Source: Geosiphon pyriformis uo1
Taxonomy: Eukaryota; Fungi; Glomeromycota
Assembly: GCA_016748015.1 (NCBI GenBank)
Contig: JAAOMT010000706.1
Span: forward strand, 324,807-388,806
Length of the DNA: 64,000 bases
Direction: 5' to 3'
The notes below the pieces were generated by a model. It worked only from the letters and a program-made list of their open reading frames with translations, did no database searches and was not told the DNA's origin. Within the stretch, counting starts at the first letter, position 1, and each line of letters opens with the position of its first letter. A program made the translations under genes and the position numbers. Below, one piece after another: positions 13,259 through 25,277 of the stretch.

Positions 13259-15657
13259 ATGAGTGAGATATCAGTTGAGCGCGAACACAAAAAACCCACC
13301 ATAAATTACAGCTCTTCAACCGTCCCGACCAAGTCCATTCTCACTCGATCTGTAACGCGTGCACGATATGGTGGCGGTAAATCTACCGCACAAAATCATG
13401 AACTATGCGATGCCTGTCATGGAGCAGGGCACTTGATCTGCTGTGACGGATGTCCTCGTGCTTATCATTTTACCTGTGTTAATCCGCCGCTGGATTATAA
13501 AGCGCCGCCCCCTGGAAATTGGTACTGTAAAGTGTGCCAAACTGAGAGAGTTAGTAACGATGTCCTATAAAAAGTAAATATTTTGCAAATTTTGGGATTC
13601 TAATTCAAAACAAAATCATATTCAGAGAGCACCTCCTAAAGCTCCACCCAGTCTCTTCTCTGAGCTTTTGGATCATGGTCGTCGCGTCAACTCAATCCAA
13701 TACGAAGTACCCATGTGGGTAAAAGATGCTTTCGAAGGAGGTACATTCCTAAATAAAAAATATTTGTGAATCCTTTTTGTACCTTTTTTATATATTTTCA
13801 AACACTTTATTAACAAATCTTTGACAATTAAAATATAGTTGGCACAGAAGGCACCGGTCATTTCGTCGATTTTAATCACAAAAAGTATCCAAAAATTGAG
13901 TGAGTTATATTTCAATCCTTATTTATGTCTTGCTTTTCTAGCTTTCAAGTATTAGGGTTTCAACTCAATATTCATTTCTGTCAGTAAATTTGGGTATCCA
14001 ATTGAGCCCGACTATACTCAATTCCAAGATGAAAAAGGGAATTTCATTTATTGCCATTATTGTCGAAAAATTCCTGCGCGTCAAAAGCCAGCTATACCAT
14101 GTGATTATTGTAATAGATACTGGCATTTAGACTGCTTAAATCCTCCCATGGTCAAGCGCCCTAGTCTCTTCAAAAAATGGATGTGTCCTTTCCACATTGA
14201 TCATTATTTGGTAAGCAGTATACATTTATTCTTATCATAATCACTATAATTTTTACTCGTATATATTTCTTTGATCTAGCCAAAAGTTCGAAGATTGAAG
14301 GGGTCTAAAGATGATTTTACTGAATTGTTTGGTGCAGATAACACCGCAATTCAATTAGATCCTGATGATTGGGATGACTCTGGACAGTATGTAATGTCTG
14401 ATTTCTTGCGTAAACATCTAGAAGAGAAAGCTCGCCTCAAAAATGCTGAGTAAGTATCTTGAAGTCTTATTAATAGTTACTTTCATCGTATTTTGAAATT
14501 AATTATAACATACATCTTTTTAGCTGGGACCCTCTTGGGTATCCTGTAGATGTTCTTAAAAACAACGAACTTCAGGATGTCTTTTTAACTACCGATGATT
14601 TAGAAACTGACCAACACGAACGAATTGGCCATCAAAAATATAAAAATATAAATGACGATCCCTTGAATGGGGTATCATATACCATCAATAGGGAAAAAAA
14701 TCCAAAAATTCGACCAACTGGTCCTCGCGAACTTTTGGAAGTGACCAACAAAGAGGAATTGGTTTCTCACCAAGAAAATATTGCGCAAGCAAGTGATCTA
14801 TCAGATGACGTATCTGAATTAACCGAGTTATCAGATATTCCCTCTGATATAAGCGAATTATCCGAAAAGAGATCAGATGCGAGCAAATCCGATGGAAGCA
14901 AAAATTCCGGTCTTAAATTGAAAGCTAAATATAAAGAGACGAAATCAAGGGAGCTGGAAAGTAGAAAGGACAAACTTAAAGAGCCTGAAGAAAAGAATCT
15001 CAGGATTAAAAAGGGAAAATCTAAAGAACTGGAAGATAAAGATACGGGAACCAACAAAGGAAAATCCAAAGAAACTGATCATAAGATTTTAGAAACTAAA
15101 GGAAACAAACCGAAAGCAATTGAAGTAAAAGATCTGAAAAGTAGAAAAGGGGAATCCAACGAAATGGAAGAAAAGGATTCAGTAGAGCACAAGATAAAAG
15201 AACCTGTGTCACAATTGTCGGCTAAATACAGAAAAGCTCAGTCTGTCGTTAGGGACGATCGGCATTCAATAGAGGTGGACAAGAACCAGCCACAAAGTTC
15301 AACGGGGTCTGGGCAAACAAAGAAGCGACATATTACTGAACGGTAAACCTTAAGCTATATTCATTGAATTCGAAACTTTTTTCAGGTCATCATTAAAGAG
15401 AATGCTGATAATGTATTAAAATTTCCAGGGGTCAAGAAAAGGGCGATAGGGATGAAGGAAGGAAAAAAATGAAAACGGATGTAGCAACATCTGGCAGCAA
15501 CCATGATAAATCTGACGTAGATTCAAATTTGTGGCTTTTGGTCAACACAGCGTTGGTAAGTGTATTTTTAATTGTGCAAACGTTGGGTTAACTTAATCGT
15601 AAGAATGTAAATTTATTCCGAACCATTTGTTCGATCTGCTATGAACTGTAGCAATAA
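13259..15657 (+). CDS. Double PHD-finger chromatin protein, Rco1/Cph1/PHF12-like (Rpd3S/Sin3-HDAC subunit); multi-exon
   Basis: PHD1 CDAC..LICCDGCPRAYHFTC..WYCKVC (13259-13549). PHD2 CHYC..CDYCNRYWHLDCLNPP..WMCPFH (about 14050-14200). GT-AG introns (e.g. 13550-13625, 13741-13838, 13900-13984), a charged low-complexity tail and a last micro-exon CAA TAA at 15652-15657. Confidence 0.85.
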
Positions 15658-16273
15658 TCTGACGCGAACCGCATTAGAGCAAAGATATCATTTTCAAGCA
15701 TAAATCATCTTCACAAGCCAATGTGCCAAACTCGGGAAATCAATATAAAACAGTCTCGTATTTTTCATTTTTACCCTTTTTTTGAAAAAGCAATTGTAAA
15801 TAAACACTCGGTTTCTTTCATCAAAACCCGCCGTATTTTAATAATGACGAATATGTTTTCAAACTAAATTTTCCACGTTAATCATTGAGAAGAATTAGCT
15901 CAAATAAATTCCGGGGAATATCCTTTTCTTAAAATATCTTAAGCTTCCGTTCCTTTTAGACTTGATCAGATTAGTCTTGGAATATCACCTTGTTATCAAA
16001 ATCCTCGAAAGATCTCGGAAAAAAATTAAAAATTTGTAAGTCCAGTTTTCGGCAAAATTTATTATAAAAGTTGTATTTTGCGACAAATTGCTTGTAAGAT
16101 TGGTTATTAAGCCCATGAAATTTGCCCCTTTAGATGCAAATTTAATAGTTTTAGGTGTCCCGTAGACTATTTATATCGGGAATGGCAAAATCTATTCTAA
16201 GAGTATTTATAAATTAAAAATAAAATGTTTCTTGAAAAATTTAATATTATAGCAAATCCCTTTCATTATCACA

Positions 16274-17233
16274 TTAGATTTTGCCAAGTCTTCTTTTCAA
16301 TGCTCTCTGACGCTTTCTCAATTTCTTATGCTTATGTTTATTCATCTTCAACCTTCTTTTTTGTCTAATGTTCGACATATAACTTGTTCTTCCTTCTCGC
16401 TCCCTTTTTTCTGTTATCTCATCTTCGTAGAGATCCAGCTCCTTTGTAGTATCAGGCTCATTTGGACGGTCTATCTGCTCTGTTGGTCTAATTCTCTGCA
16501 CTTCCAATAACTCAAAGTCTTCTGATTCTTCTTCCTCTTTTTTAAGAGATGCTTCAATTTCCGAGAAAAAGCGATTGATTACTTGTTGAGATTCGGTTGA
16601 GGTCATAGCAAAAGAGGATGGTTGAAGGGGTGATAATAAATTTCCAGGGTTAATAAGTAGAGGGTGAGTTGTGGAGGTTGAATTTATAGAAATGTATATG
16701 GTAGAGTGAGCTGTTAAGCCGTCTTCGTCATATTCTATCAAAGGATTATATCATTTGATCTGATTAAAATTTTATGTTAAGAAGTGATGAACTTAACCAA
16801 GATTCTTATTTGAGTGGACAGTAAAGTTTAACTTGGGAGCCTTTACGCCGTTTAACAACTCAATTCTTTGCCTTAAGATCTTACCTTCTTCATCTTCTAA
16901 ACCTTGTGACTGTTGTTGCCCAGCATCCCATACGGGTGCTAGCTGATCATTTATTGTAGGTAAAGGACGATGCAAAGCAAAAAAAGTGCTATGTGCTAAA
17001 TCTCTTGGATCAACATAGTTCAACGCAACAAAAGTAAGCTCTTGTTTGGATGGAGGTTGTTGAGCGCGTTTCGTACCGGAGGAGGAGGAGGAGGAGGAAG
17101 AATAAAATCTCGAAATTGCAAATTTTAAAGGGCCACGCGTAAAAAAGCTCACTGGTTTGGTTTTTAGATGAACAAAGTAATTAGAACTTTGAAATTGTAG
17201 CCATGAGCGAATTAAATTTGGCGTTATTGCCAT
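16274..17233 (-). CDS. Mitochondrial mS38/Cox24 (DUF1713) family protein; 2 exons
   Basis: Presequence-like N-terminus (R/S/F-rich, RFYS), HSTFFALHRPL motif, GT-AG intron at about 16735-16884 and basic C-terminus SNIRQKRRLKMNKHKHKKLRKRQRALKRRLGK typical of DUF1713. Confidence 0.85.
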
Positions 17234-17715
17234 CTAAAACGGAGGCTAAAGTAGATATTGAGAAAAACAAAGTATTTATGAAAAGCACAACAAGAGATCA
17301 ATTTACAAACAAAACGACAAGGATGATCTAACTTTTGTATTAAAAAGCTCGCCGTACTTGGAAAAGGTTTTACTAAAGCCACTGCAACCAAAATAGAGTG
17401 ATGGTTTGGCAAGCATCTATTTCTTGACAATCCCTAATCCCATTGTCTTACCCAGCATTTTAAATTGATAGTTAATGAGGGTGAGAGTGTAACCATGCTC
17501 ACAAATTTTGGCTAGTTCCACTTCCCATCTTTTACTTGTTTTGGTTTCGCAGGTTTCAAAAAGACTGTTTCTGTTTTAACCCGATATCTTTTTACTCCTT
17601 CCTTTTCACCTTGCTCTTAAATTCACTTTTTTTGGATACTTTTTAGTTAACGTTTCTACCACCTTTATTATAATAAATAATCTCCTTACTCTTCAGGGCT
17701 TTATTTTAAAACGGG

Positions 17716-19663
17716 ATGGTCAGATCACCGAAGAAGCTGTTCGATAAAACGGTACGCGAGTACTCAAGTGAGGAAGTTTTGAGTGGAGATTTATGCTCTA
17801 AAAGTTTTAAGACCGATTTAATTTTTCCTTTGATGTATTGGCCTATGACTACTATGTTTTCTTTCCTGGGTCGGGTTTTCTCTTTTATGCGCTCGCCATT
17901 TTATAGTTATTTTCAAATTTCTTCAGATCTTATTATCAAGTCATACATACTAAGAAATTTTGTTATCAAACTTATAACAGATCAAAAGAATATCAGAGTC
18001 AAAATGGACAAAACTTTTTATCCTAACATCCATTTTGCAGGCTGTTCTGGTTATTACTTTCGAAGGCAGGGTTTATGCACATAATAACAGTGAAAGGCAA
18101 ATCTTGGAAACTATGGGTTTATGCAAACCAGAGTCCTCGATAACTCGCCTATCGAACATTATGCGAGAAAATTTAGTGTTTATGGGTTTTCAAGCCTTTC
18201 AATTTCTATTTTGTGTGAATGCGGTAGCAAAAGCTTCAATTAAATTTTCATTGGATTAAAGTTTTTTTCAAACAAAGTTCCCTTACCAACTTTCCTTTTA
18301 CATCTTGGATGGGTGAATCTAGATTTACAATCAAAATACAATACAAATGATTACTATTGCAGTAATTAATTATAGTTGTGCACTTTTTGGCATTGTAAGT
18401 AATCTGCGTCCTTCCTTTTTATATTGATTTAGCAATGGTTATTTTTTAAGCAGAGGTTACCAAAGTTGACTTTGACATTCTTATAGGGTCAAATATTCGA
18501 AACGGTGAAATGGCGCAGATCACTGGATGAAGAGCTTGTAAAACTTGGATGCTCACCAATAAAAGAATCTCAAAGATCAGGAAAAATAGAATCCACAAAA
18601 GCAGCAATAACATCCTTCGAGCTTCCATTGGTCGCCATCCTATTGATATTCGGGACCGCATTAGGATTTTTGGCCTTCAAATTATATCAGCAATTTGGTT
18701 GGAATATCTACAAGAGGATTGGAGCTGATTTGAGAATGCAGTGTATGCCATTTTTCAATTATTGAATGTCCTTGATTGAATAACTTTGTGGCATCATTGT
18801 CTTATTAAACCAATTTTTATTTCACACAAAGCGGTTTACCGAACTATGCTTATATTCGTAATGTTACTGAAACTTGATATATTTTTCATGCTTGCATTCT
18901 CAATCTTGGCATTGGTTGTCCTTGATAAAGAATCAGCAAAACTTCCGCGTGGTCCGTACTATTTTCATCTTGGCTTGACTTCGTTAATTGTAATTTTGCA
19001 AGCTCTCGCCTATATATCGGTAAATATACATCTTTCTAATTAACGTAAAAGTTAAAGAAATTAACCATATTATTCCTTTCTTCTAAAAGTTACGAAAAGA
19101 ATGGTTGTCAGGAATGATAATATTCATAAGTTTCTGCATAATTAGTATAGTAGATTACATTATCCTTTTGAAATATTCCATTGCTAGTAATGTACAAGAT
19201 ACGTGGTTTTTTTGGATCTTTTTCAGTAAGTCATTTCTTTATGATCTGAATATTGTTATTACGAGCTCCATTATAGCCTATTCACTTTTAATAAATCGTT
19301 TCGTAGTTATTTTAAGCTGTATTATAACCGGGGTAAGAATTCAAACTACTTGAGATAATTGAATGTCTAAAATCTAAAAATTCTAATTATTGGTGGATCA
19401 CTATATTTTAGTTAACCGGCATATGGGCATCTTTAGTAACTAGGAACTTTGGTCATGGTCTAAAAGTTTTTCGTAAGTTGTTCTATTCTCTTGAGTGAAA
19501 ATTGTTTTGATCACCTCATCATATGATGATGTTCATTCCACTCAAATACCCACTATCGATAGTTGACAAAGGTAAACATGACGAACACCCCATTGATGAA
19601 CATGACATGGGACAAGTTCAAGTACCACCACGAAGATGGGCCATCGAAGACGAAGATGAATGA
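17716..19663 (+). CDS. Multi-pass membrane protein, UPF0658-like fungal family; multi-exon
   Basis: Spliced reading MVRSPKKLFDKT|IKRISESKWTKLFILTSILQAVLVITFEG..., then motifs QFGWNIYKRIGADLRMQ and MLLKLDIFF, several hydrophobic helices and C-terminal RRWAIEDEDE*. Divergent from the mS38 gene across 482 bp. Confidence 0.75.
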
Positions 19664-21663
19664 GCTCATAAACCATTATTTCCTCACTTCGATAACAATT
19701 ATTCGACTTAATCTGATTTTATATTCATTATCAACTACCAAATGATCCGCACCAGCCACCTCACGAATATACATATATACATTATGTTCATAAACTCTGT
19801 TACTAAAAAAAACTCAATATTCCCTATATGCGCACATATGACCAATCAATAAGTCTACACTAATACATTTTGTACTATAAGTGGCAAAACAGGAGCCGCC
19901 GCAAGAGGTTCGACTTTGGTGATTTTAGAATTCGATTGGGTGTTTGAGTTACGCGCTAATGATCGAAACATGTCGGTCAATAATAATAATCTATAGATGG
20001 AACTCGTTTTAATATAGTTAAGTTCCGGTTTGTGGGATAATATTTTCTTTAGATCTTTGATAGACTCTCATTTGATTTATCTCCTGCGACTTCCCTGTTT
20101 TCATCAGAATTCCTGAGCGCAAAATAAATGAAACTTTGATGGTTTCGCTGGTCGAAGTTTACTATAAGTTGTGGTAATAATCCTCAATTGTGATACACCG
20201 CTAATCATTTTTTGATAAATGTGTGTAATTATTATAATTATTCTTGCATAATGTAATATTAAAAAATCATACAGAAATCAAGTGAAATGAAATGAAATAA
20301 TTGGAATTAATTATTATAATCAAATACGTGTAAACAATGAATACAATGCATTCATAAATTTGTCAATTGGCAAAAATGGAGTATCGGCAAATTCATAATA
20401 TGCCGCAGACTACCAAATTTAGTAATCTCAAACAAAATGACCAAATTGATCAAATTTGTAATTGCCCAATCAGTGACTGAGACAAAATTGGTAGAGTTCC
20501 AACAACCCTGTTAACAATACAATTTGTATCACAACATGACAGTAATGGTGACTCGCTACAGAAAATCATGAGACTACATCCTTTGGGTTGGTGAAACACA
20601 AACCGGAATTTCAGGAAATAGCAACACGAGGTAGCATTGTGATACATGGAGTTCCATACAAATATTTTTTGTAGTTGGAGGTTCCCAACTTCCCATCCGA
20701 AGGTTAGTTATATCAGATATAATTATATTAATGAAATAAAGAATGAAACCCCGGATAAATTTTTTCAAGTTATACTCGAATCCTTCTGTCAGTGTGATTC
20801 TGATCCCAATTAACAAATCCATCAATTTCGGCTACCAAGTAGTTTGAATATTGATCAGTCTCATTACCCAGCCTTATCATGACCCCCACCCACAATCGGC
20901 TGATAGTACAAGATCAAAATTATCATGGCATGAAAAAACCAACCTTCGAGAAGGTATGCTATCACAGGTTCCAAAGTTACCTTATTAATAACCTATTCTC
21001 ATGGTCTTATTAATCAATCCCAGTTTTGTATTTAAATTTACATGCGGGAAGTAATACCTTTCTTTTCGCTTAGAAAAGGAATTTATTACATATGTAATTA
21101 TGTAATTTATTGGTTGTTAACTATTCGTTGATTCATTCTACCGACGAATCAACTCTCTTGCAATTTATTAGCCGGATAAAGCATCAAAAAGCTACGAAAT
21201 AATATGAATTTGGCTTTTTTATTGATAAACATAAGGGTTAGAAGAAAGGAAACTCACACCGGTTAACAAAAAAAAAGGTGTTTAAGGAGGTTGGAAAACA
21301 TAAGGAATTCCATAATTGGGAAAGAAAAATATGGACTAGACAACTAAAACGAACAATAGTGTTGAAAGTCAAATAAGAGTATAAGAACGCGATCGTCTTG
21401 ATTGAACTCATTGCTTTGACAAGTTATGTAGGTGTTGATCGTATAATGTAATATGAGAAAAAAGAAATTTAAGAAATCTTTTGCCATTGCTGATAATAGT
21501 GGGAAAATACGAAAAAGCCACTGATAATTGATGAACCGCAGACACTTGACCATCATAGAGAGAAGGGTAAAAATTGAATTTAAAAGATTTAAGATAAATG
21601 ATGGGTGAAAACTTAATATTTCAATAGAAAAGGGGAGGTTGTGATCGGCAGAAATTTGAAGCC

Positions 21664-24306
21664 CTAAACAAAATACATTGGATTATTTTGAGCAAGGCTT
21701 GGAACCACGGGTCTAAGCTCTCCCGAGACGACATGAGAACGAGCATGTTTCGCAGATAAATGGGCATAGTAAACGGGTGGCGGAATTGATACGGATCGAG
21801 TTGCACGTTGATAGTTGTAACAAAGTTTGTAGGTAAACTCTTGCAATTGGTCAGCGTTAAATTTATTGTCGTCATGCAAAACAATGTAATGCGCGGGACG
21901 TGATGTTCCTTGCAAACTTGTGTGGGATTGCAAGAAGAAATCGAACAAATAAGGATTAGTGATTTTTTGATCAACCACAAGACCAGGTATACAATTTCCA
22001 TTATTGTCAGCATCTTTTTGATCACTTGGATAGAATCTGGTGTGATGACGTTTTCCAACGACAATAAAAGTCACCGGTGGTGAATAACCTGGTTGATTCA
22101 TGTCTTTGCAGGCAGCTTTAATGGCTTGGAGTTCATAATCAAGTACCATCTTGTATTGGCTTTCAGAGACACCATCACGATACATTATGATTCGATTAGG
22201 AAGGAAACTATTTCGCGTCTTGTATTCCGTCAAAATCTCAGTTACCATTTTGCGCATTTCGATGATCTTTTCCTCTGACACGTTTTTCCTGGATTCATCC
22301 ATTCCTTCTTTTCTTTGTTCCCGATGACGATCAATAAATTTACTTCCATGCTGATCGACAGAACCGACAACGGAACAAATTGAGGGGCAAGCATCTTCAC
22401 TTCCAGAGTCAATTTGAGTTGGATGTGTAACATCAGCACCCAATAACAAAACAGGTTCTTTGGTTAATTCTGGAATTTCACTAGCCTCGAGCGTAGAATT
22501 TATTCCTCCCAACTTAAGATTCATCTTTAATGCAACATTTGCACAATATGAAGGACCCTCGTAAATATTATCGGCCACCACACATTGAGAAGGAAGACCT
22601 AAAACGGTACTGGTGGTCAATTTGATATCCGCATAAAGTTTTTGGTTGAATTTGCGATCATAAATTTGGTTAGGAAATTTCTTCTTTTTCCTTTTGTTTT
22701 CCACTTCGGGTGGCAAAAGGAACAAGATCAACTGTGGTCGCTTGGACAAGAACTTCTTGGAACCATCGTATTCTTGCTTAATGGTTTTTTGGAAATCGCC
22801 TTGGGTAGAAGGATAAAGGATATTAGGTTTATCCATCACCACATCCATTCCTTGGTCTTTACATGTTTTTACCAAGGTCATCACGAAGTTTTCAGCATCA
22901 GTTCTTGACAGAAACTTTTCTGGGATACAAGATATAACAAACCAAAATTTCAAAGGTGCACCACTTCGTACGAATTTTTTACCCCTCAAATTCCATTGCC
23001 CATTTTTAGGAATGAGTTTGGGACCTCCTTGGGAAGAAGAATGATAGGAGATAGTAGGTGCTCTAAGAATACGGGCGGGGACTAATGTCATATTTTGATC
23101 TATTTCCATTCCAAATTGTTTCAACTTTGGATCGTTTCCGAAGTCTAAAACCTTTTTAACGCCTTCATTGATAATAATATCCATATTTTTTTTGGGCAGT
23201 AGGGCAGTTAAAGTGATCATTTTTGCCAATTGATCTCCGTTTAATTGAGTAAGAGGAACTCGTTGGCCTTCAATGATTTCACAACACTCTAGAGGCCATA
23301 CTTCACCCTTCCTAGTAGTAATTTCTACTACATGTTGATACTTGAGAGTTCTATTGTAGGTGGTCTTGAAATATTCGAAAACGTTGGTCGTTTTACCAGT
23401 ATCTTTGAGTGTAAATTCATGTTCTTTTGCTTTTTTTGGTGAATATCGCCTGATCTGTTGACGCGTTTTGACATTAGGGCGGTGTAACGGTCTCACTTTC
23501 ATATTGTAGAGGACCTTATTTATGCGTCTGCGTTGATTTTCATTAAATTCCGCAGGAAGATCACGTAAGTTAAGATACGCACATAAGAAAGAGACAAGAT
23601 CTTTCTTTTCATAAAAGACGGTGTGGTTTCTATTCACATTTACAAAGTAGGCGTTTTCCCCAGGACGTACACTCTCGAAAAATCCTGCCCAAAGTTCCAT
23701 CCCACCTCCCAAAGAACAACGAGTGTGAGGATCAAGAATGGAATCCCGAAATTGAAAGTAACGATAAGAAGGATGACTGTGTATGAGATCATTAAGTGCT
23801 TTCAAACTTTCCATGTTGAAAAATTCCCATCGAAATAGCTTGGCTTCGAGGTAGGTATTTAATTCGCTGAGTTCAAGCTGCTCGGATAATGCAACAATCT
23901 GAACCTGAAATTCGTTCGGTTTTCCTCTAAGGTCTTGATCGTCATTCAACATGACCGAAGTTACCACAACGTTCGTTTTCATTTTGATAGGGTTTAAGGT
24001 GTAGAGAGTTTTTTCACCGTCAAAAATGTAATTGACGCCAGCAAACCAGTCAGCACCTTTTTTCTTTTCAAGTTCTTTAAACACCATGCGCTTAATTTCA
24101 ATATTTGGTGGTTTTGGTTCTCTTCGTACAACCATTTCACTTCCTTCCGCCTCGGTATAAGGCTTTTTTATTTCAACGGCATATTTAAACCAGGTATGAT
24201 TCTTTGTAGTTTTCTTAATTTCAAAATAGTTGGCAAGCACTTTGGTAGAACGACCACTCTTTCCCCTGCCTGGACGTTTTATGGGGACTAATGCTTGTTC
24301 TTTCAT
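21664..24306 (-). CDS. AGO: Argonaute (eukaryotic AGO clade: N-L1-PAZ-L2-MID-PIWI), 880 aa, intronless
   Basis: LANYF, WPLECC..EGQR, GQWNL, MID Y/K/Q/K residues (LYADIK, SQCV, ALKMNLKLGG), PIWI GADVTHP, E finger, YRDGVSESQ, KRHHTRF, GTSRPAHY, YYAHL. DEDH tetrad apparently intact. Confidence 0.98.
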   Translation of the reverse strand: MKEQALVPIKRPGRGKSGRSTKVLANYFEIKKTTKNHTWFKYAVEIKKPYTEAEGSEMVVRREPKPPNIEIKRMVFKELEKKKGADWFAGVNYIFDGEKTLYTLNPIKMKTNVVVTSVMLNDDQDLRGKPNEFQVQIVALSEQLELSELNTYLEAKLFRWEFFNMESLKALNDLIHSHPSYRYFQFRDSILDPHTRCSLGGGMELWAGFFESVRPGENAYFVNVNRNHTVFYEKKDLVSFLCAYLNLRDLPAEFNENQRRRINKVLYNMKVRPLHRPNVKTRQQIRRYSPKKAKEHEFTLKDTGKTTNVFEYFKTTYNRTLKYQHVVEITTRKGEVWPLECCEIIEGQRVPLTQLNGDQLAKMITLTALLPKKNMDIIINEGVKKVLDFGNDPKLKQFGMEIDQNMTLVPARILRAPTISYHSSSQGGPKLIPKNGQWNLRGKKFVRSGAPLKFWFVISCIPEKFLSRTDAENFVMTLVKTCKDQGMDVVMDKPNILYPSTQGDFQKTIKQEYDGSKKFLSKRPQLILFLLPPEVENKRKKKKFPNQIYDRKFNQKLYADIKLTTSTVLGLPSQCVVADNIYEGPSYCANVALKMNLKLGGINSTLEASEIPELTKEPVLLLGADVTHPTQIDSGSEDACPSICSVVGSVDQHGSKFIDRHREQRKEGMDESRKNVSEEKIIEMRKMVTEILTEYKTRNSFLPNRIIMYRDGVSESQYKMVLDYELQAIKAACKDMNQPGYSPPVTFIVVGKRHHTRFYPSDQKDADNNGNCIPGLVVDQKITNPYLFDFFLQSHTSLQGTSRPAHYIVLHDDNKFNADQLQEFTYKLCYNYQRATRSVSIPPPVYYAHLSAKHARSHVVSGELRPVVPSLAQNNPMYFV

Positions 24307-25277
24307 GACTTTGATATAACGAAAATGGTTGTACTACTTACTTTTTGAAGCTTCGTAAGAACACGTCACTTTCGTTACCCATAAAACACTGGAACTGTGT
24401 TTTTTTTTTGGGTAAAAAAATAATTTTCTTTTGATGATGTGAATTTATAGAAATTGGAGGGGAGGGGGGTGTTCCGGACTACATTAGGCGCAGGGATATC
24501 AAAATTCCGGAATTTTTAAATTTGGATAAGCTTCTCTGATTAGAAATTCTGCGGGTACACACAAAAAAATGATCCATCTGTATGTTAACAATATTCGATT
24601 GTTTACCAATAGCAAAACCAAAAATTGCTAGGAACATAGAAAATTTGGTTGGGAATTATTTTACTTTTACCGACACAGTTTACCAGGCATTAAAGACTAT
24701 TTTGGGGGTCCTGAACTGCGGAAAGATGGGTGCATAATTCTCAGGTGTTACAGAGCAGGTAAGAATCGATTTAAGGCATGATGTAAGGTGACGCATTTTC
24801 CATGTATGATACACACACACACAGGGAATGATTGAAATTTCGAAATCGAAGACCTACTGAAAACAAATTTTAAATATATTGTTTTTTGAAAGAAAGGTAT
24901 TTCTTGAATAAATGATAATAGTAATGGAAAGGTTAGACAAGGAGTTGTGATAAAAGATTTTTACGTTTGAGACTAAAAAGATTAGATTTATTATTATTAT
25001 TATTAACTGTTAAGTATTTTTATTAAAAAATTTATCTTTAATGAAAGTATTCAAAGGTATTAAATTTGTGGAAAACCTATAAAGCTCAAATTTTCACATG
25101 AAGTGTGTGTTTGTCTGCGAAAAAAACAAATCCTCAAATATATAAGAATCATATTCACATGTCAAATAAATCTTCCCTACATAGTATGCTGAAGCCTTTT
25201 TCCTTGACTCTACGACGTTAAATGTAAGAATTAAGCGAATAGTCGGATGGATTGTAATATATCAATAATAAACAATT

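Noticed and set aside
20450-20825. Possible small gene between the membrane protein and AGO
   Set aside because: Short overlapping ORFs with no recognisable motif or consistent splice model.
21664-24306. Prokaryotic Argonaute or bacterial defence island
   Set aside because: The motifs are eukaryotic AGO-clade (GADVTHP, YRDGVSE, KRHHTRF, YYAHL) and the neighbouring genes have spliceosomal introns.
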